DNA of 64,000 nucleotides. It comes from Gammaproteobacteria bacterium (lineage in GTDB: Bacteria > Pseudomonadota > Gammaproteobacteria > Pseudomonadales > Azotimanducaceae). The stretch covers positions 65,638 through 129,637 of the forward strand of contig REEU01000144.1 of assembly GCA_007694905.1 (NCBI GenBank), in the 5' to 3' direction. This document shows positions 18,007 through 26,163 of this stretch, one piece after another (the first letter of the stretch is position 1; each line of letters begins with the position of its first letter). The notes under the pieces were generated by a model. It searched no databases and had not been told where the DNA came from. It saw only the letters and a list, made by a program, of their open reading frames with translations. The position numbers were made by a program, and so were the translations under genes.

Positions 18007-18915
18007 ATGTTTCGCATCGCACACATTTCGGACCTTCATATTCCGCCGCTGCCACGTATGCGCGTGAGGCAGCTGGTCGGCAAGCGCTTGCTCGGGCTGT
18101 ACTCGTGGCACCACAAGTGGAAGGCGGAACATCGCGAAGAGATACTCGATTCGCTGCTCGCGCAGCTCGACGAGCTGCAGCCAGATCATGTCTGCGTGAC
18201 GGGTGATCTCACCTTTACCACCCACCCGGAAGAAGTCGATGCGGCCGCTGCCTGGCTGACACGTCTGGGCCCGGCCAGTAAAGTGAGCCTGATCCCCGGG
18301 AATCACGACGCCTACGCCCATGGTTCGCTGGACTATGCCCTTGAGCGCTGGGCACCCTGGATGCAGGACGACGACGCGCGTCCATCGTTTCCCTACCTGC
18401 AGCGCCGTGGGCCGGTGGACATCATCGGCCTGTCCAGCGCGGTGGCCACCCTGCCGGGCTTCTCATCGGGTCGCATGGGTGAAGAGCAGATCGCACGCCT
18501 CGAGGCGCTGCTCGGCAAGCTTGCCGATGAGCGTCGGCCCCGGCTGCTGCTCATTCATCACCCGCCGCAGGACGGCGCTACGAATCGCGCCCGCGGCCTT
18601 ACGGACCGCCATGCCCTGCAGGCGCTGCTGGCCCGGTCACCGGTCGACCTCGTCCTGCATGGTCATCTGCATCGGCCGGTGCGCAGTGCGCTGGCGGGCC
18701 CTGATGGACCGATTCCTGTGCTGGGCGCGGCATCGGCATCGACCCTCGGGCAACGCTACGCTCCGGCTCACTACCATGTTCTTGAAGTCGACAGCGAGGC
18801 CGCTTCGGCGCCTGTCATCCGGGTCAGGCATAGCCATTACGACCCCGTTAAGGGTGCGTTCCTGCTTGGTGAAAGCGTGGCGGTGACTGCGCCGGAGGCC
18901 AAGGCAACAACCTGA
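18007..18915 (+). CDS. Calcineurin-like metallophosphoesterase
   Basis: From ATG 18007: IAHISDLH, VTGDLT, IPGNHD, LIHHPP, LHGHLH. All five phosphoesterase motifs are present in order. Confidence 0.85.
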   Translation: MFRIAHISDLHIPPLPRMRVRQLVGKRLLGLYSWHHKWKAEHREEILDSLLAQLDELQPDHVCVTGDLTFTTHPEEVDAAAAWLTRLGPASKVSLIPGNHDAYAHGSLDYALERWAPWMQDDDARPSFPYLQRRGPVDIIGLSSAVATLPGFSSGRMGEEQIARLEALLGKLADERRPRLLLIHHPPQDGATNRARGLTDRHALQALLARSPVDLVLHGHLHRPVRSALAGPDGPIPVLGAASASTLGQRYAPAHYHVLEVDSEAASAPVIRVRHSHYDPVKGAFLLGESVAVTAPEAKATT

Positions 18916-18967
18916 ACCCAGTCGCGCGCCCGCAGCGCAGGCCATCCGGAGGAGGAGGGCGTCCCCC

Positions 18968-20062
18968 ATGCTCTACGCGTTACCCGATCACGAAGTCATG
19001 GAATCGCTGCTGCCTGGCATCGGCGATCGGACGCTGACGCTGGCGGAGGCGCGGCAGGCGTTGCAGGAATGCCCTGGATTGGTGCCCGTAGCCGTCGATC
19101 CGAACGCGGGTGGCTGGGTGTATTTCGCGGACATCGGCGATACGCCCCTGAAGGAATGGAAACACATCTACACCATCGAGCGGCTTGCTGCGGAGGGTCG
19201 CATCGAGCAGTCGTTCAGCACGGAACTGACCATTCTCGAGGACCCGCTGCCGGAGCCGGGCTCGGTACCGCTGCACGGCCTGATCTTCCACGTGTCCCGC
19301 TGTGGCTCGACGCTTTTCTCCAAAGCGCTGGCGCGTTCGGACCGGAATCTGATGATCACCCAGGGCGGGCCGCTGCAGGATGGCTTCTGGGCGGCGCTCA
19401 GCAGCCATTGGCGCTACCCGCCAGACCCGTCTCCGCGCAACCTGACCATGCTGCGGAACCTCGTCGCGCTGATGGCGCGCAGACGGCGGCCCGAATACGA
19501 GCGCTGCTTCGTCAAGATGATCAGCTGGAACACGGTCTACCTCGAATTCTTCCGCGCCGCTTTCCCCGACACGCCCGCGCTTTACATTTACCGGGACCCG
19601 ACCGAGGTCATTGCTACGATCCTCGAGGAGACGACGGCGGCGCTGCGCGCCAAGGGCTCGCTGCAGGCCACCGTGATGAGTGGGCTACCGGAGGCGGATA
19701 CCGTGGACATGGCGCCTGAGGCGTATCTGGCTCATTGCTATGCGCATTATTTCGATACGGTGCTGGGTTACGAGGGCGACGGCCTGAGCCTAGTGAACTA
19801 TTCCGACCTGCGGATGTCGGAGGCGTTCTCCAGAATCGTGGAGCAGGGCTTCGGTCTCGACGTGGACGCAGCCGAACTGGCTCAGATGCAGGATCAGTAC
19901 CGATACTACTCCAAGGACGACTCCAATCGGACCCCGTACCGGGGCGAACCCGAAGGGCTCGAGACTCGGCTGGATGCCTTACAACGCGCGAGGGTCCGGG
20001 CAATTGTAGGCTCACGGCTGGAGTCTCTGGACCGTTCTTCGCGCAATCTGTTTCCAGCCTGA
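18968..20062 (+). CDS. Sulfotransferase-like protein with an unassigned ~100 aa N-terminal extension
   Basis: 364 aa. IFHVSRCGSTLFSKAL is a PAPS-loop-like motif and IYRDPTEVIAT is an RDP motif. Confidence 0.55.
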   Translation: MLYALPDHEVMESLLPGIGDRTLTLAEARQALQECPGLVPVAVDPNAGGWVYFADIGDTPLKEWKHIYTIERLAAEGRIEQSFSTELTILEDPLPEPGSVPLHGLIFHVSRCGSTLFSKALARSDRNLMITQGGPLQDGFWAALSSHWRYPPDPSPRNLTMLRNLVALMARRRRPEYERCFVKMISWNTVYLEFFRAAFPDTPALYIYRDPTEVIATILEETTAALRAKGSLQATVMSGLPEADTVDMAPEAYLAHCYAHYFDTVLGYEGDGLSLVNYSDLRMSEAFSRIVEQGFGLDVDAAELAQMQDQYRYYSKDDSNRTPYRGEPEGLETRLDALQRARVRAIVGSRLESLDRSSRNLFPA

Positions 20063-20296
20063 CGCTCCGAGAGCCGTATGTCCATTGGGGCCATAAGCTA
20101 TACTAATCAGTTAGTTCCGGAATAACGCTCGGTAGAAGTCGACCGGAGTCCGGCACCCGCGTCTGTGGGGGACGCGTAACCTGGGGGACCTATCAAGCGT
20201 GTACATCGTCAAGGCCCGTATCCACGCGATAGCTGCGGATGAACACGGCGTTGTGAACCACGACTCCAATGCGCCACCGGCAGGAAGACAAAGCCT

Positions 20297-20608
20297 ATGA
20301 ATCGTAAGCCTATGCTTTCTGTTCTTATCCCGAACTACAATGACGAGAAGCACATCGAACGCGCCATCGATAGCATTGTCGCGCAGGACTATCCCTCCAT
20401 CGAACTCGTGATCGTTGACGACGGTAGTACGGACGATTCTGTCCGCGTCGCCGAGCGGCGGCTGGTCAAGCCGACGACGTTGCAGCGTCCACGCAAGCGC
20501 GGCCTCAGTCGCGAGGTCGTGGAACTCGCCTATCCGTTCGGTTCCCTGGACGTGGATAATCCCAAGACCTTTGCGCTTGCTGAAGCGAGCCTGCGCGAAC
20601 GCCGCTAG
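20297..20608 (+). pseudogene. Truncated family-2 glycosyltransferase (N-terminal ~55 aa only)
   Basis: MLSVLIPNYNDEKHIERAIDSIVAQDYPSIELVIVDDGSTDDS is a textbook GT2 N-terminus. The ORF then diverges and stops at 103 aa, whereas GT2 enzymes are normally 250 aa or more. Local GC is visibly lower than the flanks. Confidence 0.65.
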
Positions 20609-20666
20609 CCCGCATCTCTACCCGATGTATCCGCGGCCGCAGCCGTGAATCATTGAGAGAGGCGGG

Positions 20667-21608
20667 CTAAGCCGCTTTCGCTCGCGCAAGCGGATGGCAG
20701 TCGGGAGGCGGTAGGGCACTGGTGCCCTCGAGCACGTCGAATGCATCGGGTCGCACGTGCTGCCGCTCGATCTCGCCGCGCACGAAATCCTCATCGATCT
20801 CTCCCTGCTCCAGGCACTCTTTGAGCAGGGCGAAGAAAAACCACTCCTGATTGCGGTCGGGATGCTGTTTGTAGTGTCCGAGGAGACCATAGACGCCGAA
20901 CAGCCGACGGCGCGCCCGCATCAGCCAGCCCACCGGTGGGAACAGGCGGAAGCGCTCCGCGACCCGCCAATCCACGCGCAGACCGGTCTTCCATGGCTGC
21001 GTGCGCCGTCGCGTCGTGTGCAGCAGGCGCGTGTCCGGCGTGAAGCGATCGAAATCGTTCCATTCGGGCTCGAAGAAGCCGATGGACTTCGGCGGTTCGT
21101 TCTTCAGGCAGATCCAGCGTGCGTAGTCGAGATCGCCTTCGAACATGGCGTTGAACTGCTTCTCTGCGTTCCAGTGGCGCAGCTGGGCACAGTCCAGGAG
21201 CATCACGCTGCTGGCGTAGCACTTGTCGATGAGGCCCTTGGGGCCGGAGCGCATGCGGCAGAGGATGGCATGGCCGTCCATGTCACGGGAGAGCAGGTCG
21301 AAGATGTCGGCTGCTGCGAAGATGTCCGGATCCATGACCACGGCGCGGCCCTCGAATCCCATCATCTCTGGTGCCATGAAGCGCGTCGGCGTGAAGGATT
21401 GAAGGTCGTCGTTGAGCCATTGCCAAGTCACACCATCGCGCAGATAGCTCTGTCCTTCGCGCGCCGAGAAGAACGGATAGTCACTGCTGTCGATCAACGT
21501 TACGTCGAAACGATCGGCATGCTGTGAATAGCGGCGCAGCGCATGGGCTGCCACCAGAGCGCCCAGGCGCTGCTTGGGATTGGTCTGGATGAAAACGCCA
21601 TACTTCAT
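20667..21608 (-). CDS. Hypothetical protein, possible GT-A fold (GT8-like) glycosyltransferase
   Basis: ATG at 21608 gives 313 aa, MKYGVFIQTN... There is a DxD-like motif, VVMDPDIF. The assignment is weak and based on pattern only. Confidence 0.45.
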   Translation of the reverse strand: MKYGVFIQTNPKQRLGALVAAHALRRYSQHADRFDVTLIDSSDYPFFSAREGQSYLRDGVTWQWLNDDLQSFTPTRFMAPEMMGFEGRAVVMDPDIFAAADIFDLLSRDMDGHAILCRMRSGPKGLIDKCYASSVMLLDCAQLRHWNAEKQFNAMFEGDLDYARWICLKNEPPKSIGFFEPEWNDFDRFTPDTRLLHTTRRRTQPWKTGLRVDWRVAERFRLFPPVGWLMRARRRLFGVYGLLGHYKQHPDRNQEWFFFALLKECLEQGEIDEDFVRGEIERQHVRPDAFDVLEGTSALPPPDCHPLARAKAA

Positions 21609-21809
21609 AAGGGGAAATTCACTGTGTCCGCGGCGTGACGAAGCATATTGCACTCGCGCATTCCTTGCCATGGCAGCCTTGATGTCGGATGCCCATCAGC
21701 GCGCCGACGGGCCGTGCTAATATCGCGCCCGCGCGAGCCCCGGGAAGGCCTGCTTCCCGACCAGAATCCGCTCAAGCCCTCCAACCAGGCCTGAGGAGAC
21801 ACCCAACGC

Positions 21810-22820
21810 ATGCGCGGCGAGTCCCGACGTACCCCAGGCATCCTCAATTTTCGCGCCCTGGCTTTACCTGTCCTGCGTCTGCTGCTCGGGCATCGGCGAC
21901 ATAGTCTGCCGCCACGCTGGCTCACTCATCAGCTGGGGCGGATCCACTGGCTTCTGGCCTGGCGTAAGCGCACGCGACTCCAGCAGGATCTGGCCCGCGC
22001 CCTGAACGTTGGCGATCGCCGGACGGTGTCCGACATCCTGCGCCGCTCCTGGCTGGGCAGCGATCGCGCCATCCTCGAGGTGGCCTCGCTGTATCGCAAT
22101 CCGCTCAGCCCGGAACGGGTGCGCGCCCATTGCCAGGTTGAAGGTCTCGACACCCTCCGCGCGGCCCATGGCGAAGGCAAGGGCGTGATTCTTCTGACGC
22201 TGCATGCCGGCAACCTCATGTTGCTGGCGGCGCGGCTGGCGCAGGAAGGGCTGCCGGTTTCCGTACTCTATCGCGAGGCCCGCAAAACGCCCGATCGCTT
22301 CTTTCAGGATTGCATGGAGCCTTACGGCATCGAGACCATCTGCGTGCAGAGGCGACCGGCTCGCCACGGTGATCTGAAGCGGATCGAGGCCGATCGCACA
22401 ATGTTCCGTGCGCAGTCGTTTCTGGAACTACGGCGTGCCCTACGCCGAAAGCGGATTCTGCTGGTGATGCTGGATGCGTCCAGCAAGGGCCCGGGCATTC
22501 CGCTGCCGTTTCTCGGTAAGGAGATCACGGTGTCTCCGGGGCCGGAATATCTGGCGCGCGGGCTTGGGGCGCGGGTGGTGCCATTGACGCTGCAGGCGGA
22601 TGCCCCCTGCTGGACGTTTAGAATCGAGGAACCCTGGCAGCTGGACTTCGAGCAATCGCCAGAAGCCGTCACCGGGATCATGCTCGCAGACCTCGAACGT
22701 CACGTTCTCGAGCAGCCGTGGGCCTGGAGCTGGCATCAGCGGCGTTGGCGCCGGCTCCCGTTCATGGCCGACAGTACCTCCAGGGAAGACAACGGCGGCC
22801 CGACCGAACGCGCAGTCTGA
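21810..22820 (+). CDS. Lipid A biosynthesis (LpxL/HtrB-family) lysophospholipid acyltransferase
   Basis: 336 aa with overall LpxL-like layout. LTLHAGNLML is in the position of the H-x4-D/E acyltransferase motif. Confidence 0.65.
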   Translation: MRGESRRTPGILNFRALALPVLRLLLGHRRHSLPPRWLTHQLGRIHWLLAWRKRTRLQQDLARALNVGDRRTVSDILRRSWLGSDRAILEVASLYRNPLSPERVRAHCQVEGLDTLRAAHGEGKGVILLTLHAGNLMLLAARLAQEGLPVSVLYREARKTPDRFFQDCMEPYGIETICVQRRPARHGDLKRIEADRTMFRAQSFLELRRALRRKRILLVMLDASSKGPGIPLPFLGKEITVSPGPEYLARGLGARVVPLTLQADAPCWTFRIEEPWQLDFEQSPEAVTGIMLADLERHVLEQPWAWSWHQRRWRRLPFMADSTSREDNGGPTERAV

Positions 22821-22832
22821 TGCCGCGCCTGC

Positions 22833-23915
22833 TCAGCGTGAACCGGGCGCGGACTGCCCGATCAATTCGCGCAGTCTCGCCACGGCCGCATTGAAGGGCG
22901 CGCGCTGAAACCCATGCTGATGCTCCCTCTGGCCAAGGGCGTCGACGCTGCAAATGCGATCCTCGTCGATCAGGGTGCGATAGATGCAGCCCATGTCCCT
23001 GGTCGGCACCCAGCAGCCGCGCACGACCAGATTGGCCCTCCAGCGAGCAAGCTCGCTCGTCACTGCGCCCTGAGAAACCGGGCGCCGAGCGCGCCCGGCC
23101 AGACGTGCCCGCCATCGCAGCGGGGGTTCGAAGCCCGCCACCGGCCGCCCAGTGGAGCAGGCTTCCGCCAGCATGGACGCGCTGTCCGCGGTGACCACGA
23201 ACTTGTCCGCCAGGCCGAGAATCCCAGGCAGCGGATTGTCGCTCTGTCCAGCCTGCCAGCGGTGGCAGAAATGAGGTGCGGCGATCGTTTCGAGCATGGC
23301 CTCGAGGACCCCCAGGGGCGTCCGTGGGCTGGTGGTGATCAGCACCGAGCCGCCGGCAGCGGTCAGGGCATCGAGCTCACGACCGAGTTCTGCTGCGGCG
23401 GCGGTGGTGAAACGATAGGAGCCCGAGTCCCCGCCGAGCAGTACGCCGTACCAGGGACGCGGCAGATGGGCGAAACGGTCCTGCCATGCTGACCCGGCCT
23501 CAGCGCAGGCGTTCGGGTCGGCGTGGTTCAACGGCATCTCCAGGTGCAGGACGCGAGGGTGCTCCGGCAGCCGGTACTGGGGCGTCGTAATGATGCAGTC
23601 CACCCAGTGGAAGGGCGCCCCGGGTCGGCCGAGGCAGACGATGCGACTTTGACCGCCGGACGCGTGGCGGATGCGCAGGGCGTCAACCAGGGATCGGCCG
23701 CCGCCGATCAGAACCAAGTCCGGCCATGGGGGCGACAGCGCCTCCCGCTTGCGGGCGGGGATGCGCCGATGGGCGCCTGGCGTCAAACGGTCTAGAACGG
23801 CACGCAGCGGCGGATCGAGGACATATTTGACTTCATGCTGCCCGTCGAGGGCGGACGCCATGTCAAGCAGCTGGCGATTCGCCCCGGCCCCGGTGGAATG
23901 CAGGATCCAGATCAT
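22833..23915 (-). CDS. ELM1 / DUF1022 family protein (predicted GT-B-like, often found in LPS core loci)
   Basis: From ATG 23915: MIWILHSTGAGANRQLLDMA resembles the ELM1-family N-terminus. The track ORF extends to 23990. Confidence 0.55.
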   Translation of the reverse strand: MIWILHSTGAGANRQLLDMASALDGQHEVKYVLDPPLRAVLDRLTPGAHRRIPARKREALSPPWPDLVLIGGGRSLVDALRIRHASGGQSRIVCLGRPGAPFHWVDCIITTPQYRLPEHPRVLHLEMPLNHADPNACAEAGSAWQDRFAHLPRPWYGVLLGGDSGSYRFTTAAAAELGRELDALTAAGGSVLITTSPRTPLGVLEAMLETIAAPHFCHRWQAGQSDNPLPGILGLADKFVVTADSASMLAEACSTGRPVAGFEPPLRWRARLAGRARRPVSQGAVTSELARWRANLVVRGCWVPTRDMGCIYRTLIDEDRICSVDALGQREHQHGFQRAPFNAAVARLRELIGQSAPGSR

Positions 23916-24044
23916 CAGCGGTGACGATGTGCCGGTGGATGTGGACGCGCCTTCAGCCATGACGCCGGTCACGGTAGGTCGCAGTGCCACACGTGGATGT
24001 CGCGCGCTGCCGATGCATGGGCGGCTGCCATGCCAGTGCAGACA

Positions 24045-25508
24045 TCAGGCGCCGATGCCGCCAAGCAGGACGTACTTCATCTCGGTGAAGTCCTCGATGC
24101 CATGGTGTGAGCCTTCCCTGCCGATGCCGGACTGCTTGACGCCGCCGAAGGGCGCGTTTTCGGTGGACAGCAGACCCTCGTTGACGCCGACCATGCCGTA
24201 CTCCAGCGCCTCCGATACGCGGAACGCGCGGCCGAGGTCCCGGCTGTAGAAGTAGGCTGCGAGACCGTACTCGGTGGCGTTGGCGAGCCGGATGGCTTCG
24301 GCTTCATCCCGAAAACGGAACAGCGCCGCCACCGGCCCGAAGATCTCCTCGTCCGCCATGGCCATATCGGCGGTGACGTCCTCGATGAGCGTGGGTTGGA
24401 AGAACGTTCCGCCAAGCGCATGCCGTTGACCGCCGACCCGGACGCGGGCGCCCTTGTTCGTGGCGTCCGTCAGCAGGCGCTCCACCTTGTCCACGGCCGC
24501 GCCGGTGATGAGGGGGCCCTGCATGACGCCGTCGTCGAGTCCGTTGCCCACGTTCAGGCCGGCGATGCGCTCGGCGAGCCGCTCGGCGAATGCATCGTAG
24601 ATGCCATCCTGAACCAGAATGCGATTGGCGCAGATGCAGGTCTGGCCCGTGTTGCGGAACTTGGAGAGCATGACCCCGTCGATGGCGGCGTCGAGATCGG
24701 CATCATCGAAGACGATGAATGGAGCATTGCCGCCGAGTTCGAGTGACACCTTCTTCACTGTCGAGGCGCACTGCCGCATCAGCAGTTTGCCCACCGCAGT
24801 GGAGCCGGTGAACGTGAATTTGCGCACCAACGGATGCGTGGTCAGCGCCTCACCGACGGCAGCCGCACGATTCGAGGGGACGACGTTGAACACACCTGCA
24901 GGGATCCCGGCACGGTGGGCGAGTTCCGCAAGTGCCAGTGCGCACAGTGGCGTTTCCGGCGCCGGCTTGATCACGGTGGTGCAGCCTGCGGCCAGCGCCG
25001 GCGCTGCCTTGCGCGTCACCGTGGCGATGGGGAAATTCCAGGGGGTGATGGCGCCGACGACGCCGATGGCCTGGCGGAAAACGAGGACGCGTTTGCCGGG
25101 TGCATGAGTGGGAATGACTTCGCCGAGAATGCGCTTGCCTTCCTCGGCGAACCACTCGATGAACGAAGCGCCATACGCCACCTCACCGCTGGCCTCGGCC
25201 AGGGGCTTGCCCTGTTCTGCGGTCATGAGCAGCGCCAAGTCGTCCTGGTGAGCCATGATCAGGTCGCGCCATGCGCGCATCAGGTTGGCGCGATCCTTCG
25301 CGGTCAGATCCCGCCAGGCGGGCAGGGCGGCTTGGGCGGCTTCGATAGCGCGTTCGGTGGCCTCGCCGTCGAAGTCGGCCACCTCGGCAATGGTCTTTCC
25401 GGTGGCTGGATCGGACACCACAAACCGCGCATCAGCGAGGGCCGGCAGCCACTGGCCATCGACATAGGCATCGCGACGGAGCAGGGAAGGGTCTTTCAGC
25501 TGCGGCAT
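24045..25508 (-). CDS. gabD: NAD(P)-dependent succinate-semialdehyde dehydrogenase
   Basis: 487 aa aldehyde dehydrogenase with the SLELGGNAP and FRNTGQTCICANR active-site contexts typical of GabD. Confidence 0.9.
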   Translation of the reverse strand: MPQLKDPSLLRRDAYVDGQWLPALADARFVVSDPATGKTIAEVADFDGEATERAIEAAQAALPAWRDLTAKDRANLMRAWRDLIMAHQDDLALLMTAEQGKPLAEASGEVAYGASFIEWFAEEGKRILGEVIPTHAPGKRVLVFRQAIGVVGAITPWNFPIATVTRKAAPALAAGCTTVIKPAPETPLCALALAELAHRAGIPAGVFNVVPSNRAAAVGEALTTHPLVRKFTFTGSTAVGKLLMRQCASTVKKVSLELGGNAPFIVFDDADLDAAIDGVMLSKFRNTGQTCICANRILVQDGIYDAFAERLAERIAGLNVGNGLDDGVMQGPLITGAAVDKVERLLTDATNKGARVRVGGQRHALGGTFFQPTLIEDVTADMAMADEEIFGPVAALFRFRDEAEAIRLANATEYGLAAYFYSRDLGRAFRVSEALEYGMVGVNEGLLSTENAPFGGVKQSGIGREGSHHGIEDFTEMKYVLLGGIGA

Positions 25509-25650
25509 GAGCTACGGGCTCCGTGGGTTGGGTGAAATCCGGCACGGCGCCGATCCTGCGGGCAGGCAGGCATGGCCGGAAACTGACGTTGCGTCATTGT
25601 AAGCGCGGTTGCAGCCTGCGATCACGCTGCCGGCATGAGCCATGCCCTCA

Positions 25651-26163
25651 TTACCCGGCCTCGGCGCGTGGCGCGCGGCGAAACAGGGGGCGCGGCTCGA
25701 TGACGTCGCCCTGGTAATAGTCCCGCATTACTGTGAGCCCGGCGACTTCATGCTCGGGGTTCCGTCCTGCGGGGATCTGGAAGGCATCGATGCCGCAGCG
25801 ACGCATGTAGGACAGCTGGTCTCGGGCGACGTCGCCAAGGGCGCGCAGCTCGCCGGTGAAATCGAAGCGAGTGCGCAGCAGCACTGCGTTGGAGAGATTG
25901 CGACCGTCGGCGAAGGCGGGGAAATGCAGTCCGATCACCGCCAGCCGGCTGACGTCGTCGGCCAGTGCCTCGGCCTCTTCGTCGCTGTCGAGCCATACAC
26001 CGCAGGCGTTGCCTCGGGCGAGGAGGGTGTCTCGTTCAGCCAGCCAAAGCGCGAGCGGGACGATCACATTGCCTGCGGGCAGATCGGCGAGGCCGGCATC
26101 CTTGGCTTCGATCCATGTCCAGTTATCATCGATGAGGGATTCACCCTTGATCAGGCGAGGCAT
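25651..26163 (-). CDS. DUF934 protein (the usual companion of CysI-type sulfite reductase)
   Basis: ATG at 26163 gives 170 aa, MPRLIKGESLIDDNW... It overlaps the cysI 3' end by 23 nt. Confidence 0.75.
   Translation of the reverse strand: MPRLIKGESLIDDNWTWIEAKDAGLADLPAGNVIVPLALWLAERDTLLARGNACGVWLDSDEEAEALADDVSRLAVIGLHFPAFADGRNLSNAVLLRTRFDFTGELRALGDVARDQLSYMRRCGIDAFQIPAGRNPEHEVAGLTVMRDYYQGDVIEPRPLFRRAPRAEAG

Noticed and set aside
20081-20092. The 12-mer GGGCCATAAGCT is shared between the spacers at 20081 and 47991.
   Set aside because: In a 64 kb window, exact 12-mer coincidences are expected by chance many times over, and the flanks show no extended similarity.
20111-20353. An 80 aa minus-strand ORF in the lower-GC spacer.
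   Set aside because: It overlaps the GT2 fragment start in antisense, has no motif or RBS, and its composition is not protein-like.
11866-24000. A genomic island inserted at tRNA-Leu.
   Set aside because: I could not find an integrase, a transposase or a direct repeat of the tRNA 3' end downstream. The genes immediately after the tRNA are GC-rich metabolic genes. Only the 20.06-20.67 kb patch looks compositionally foreign.
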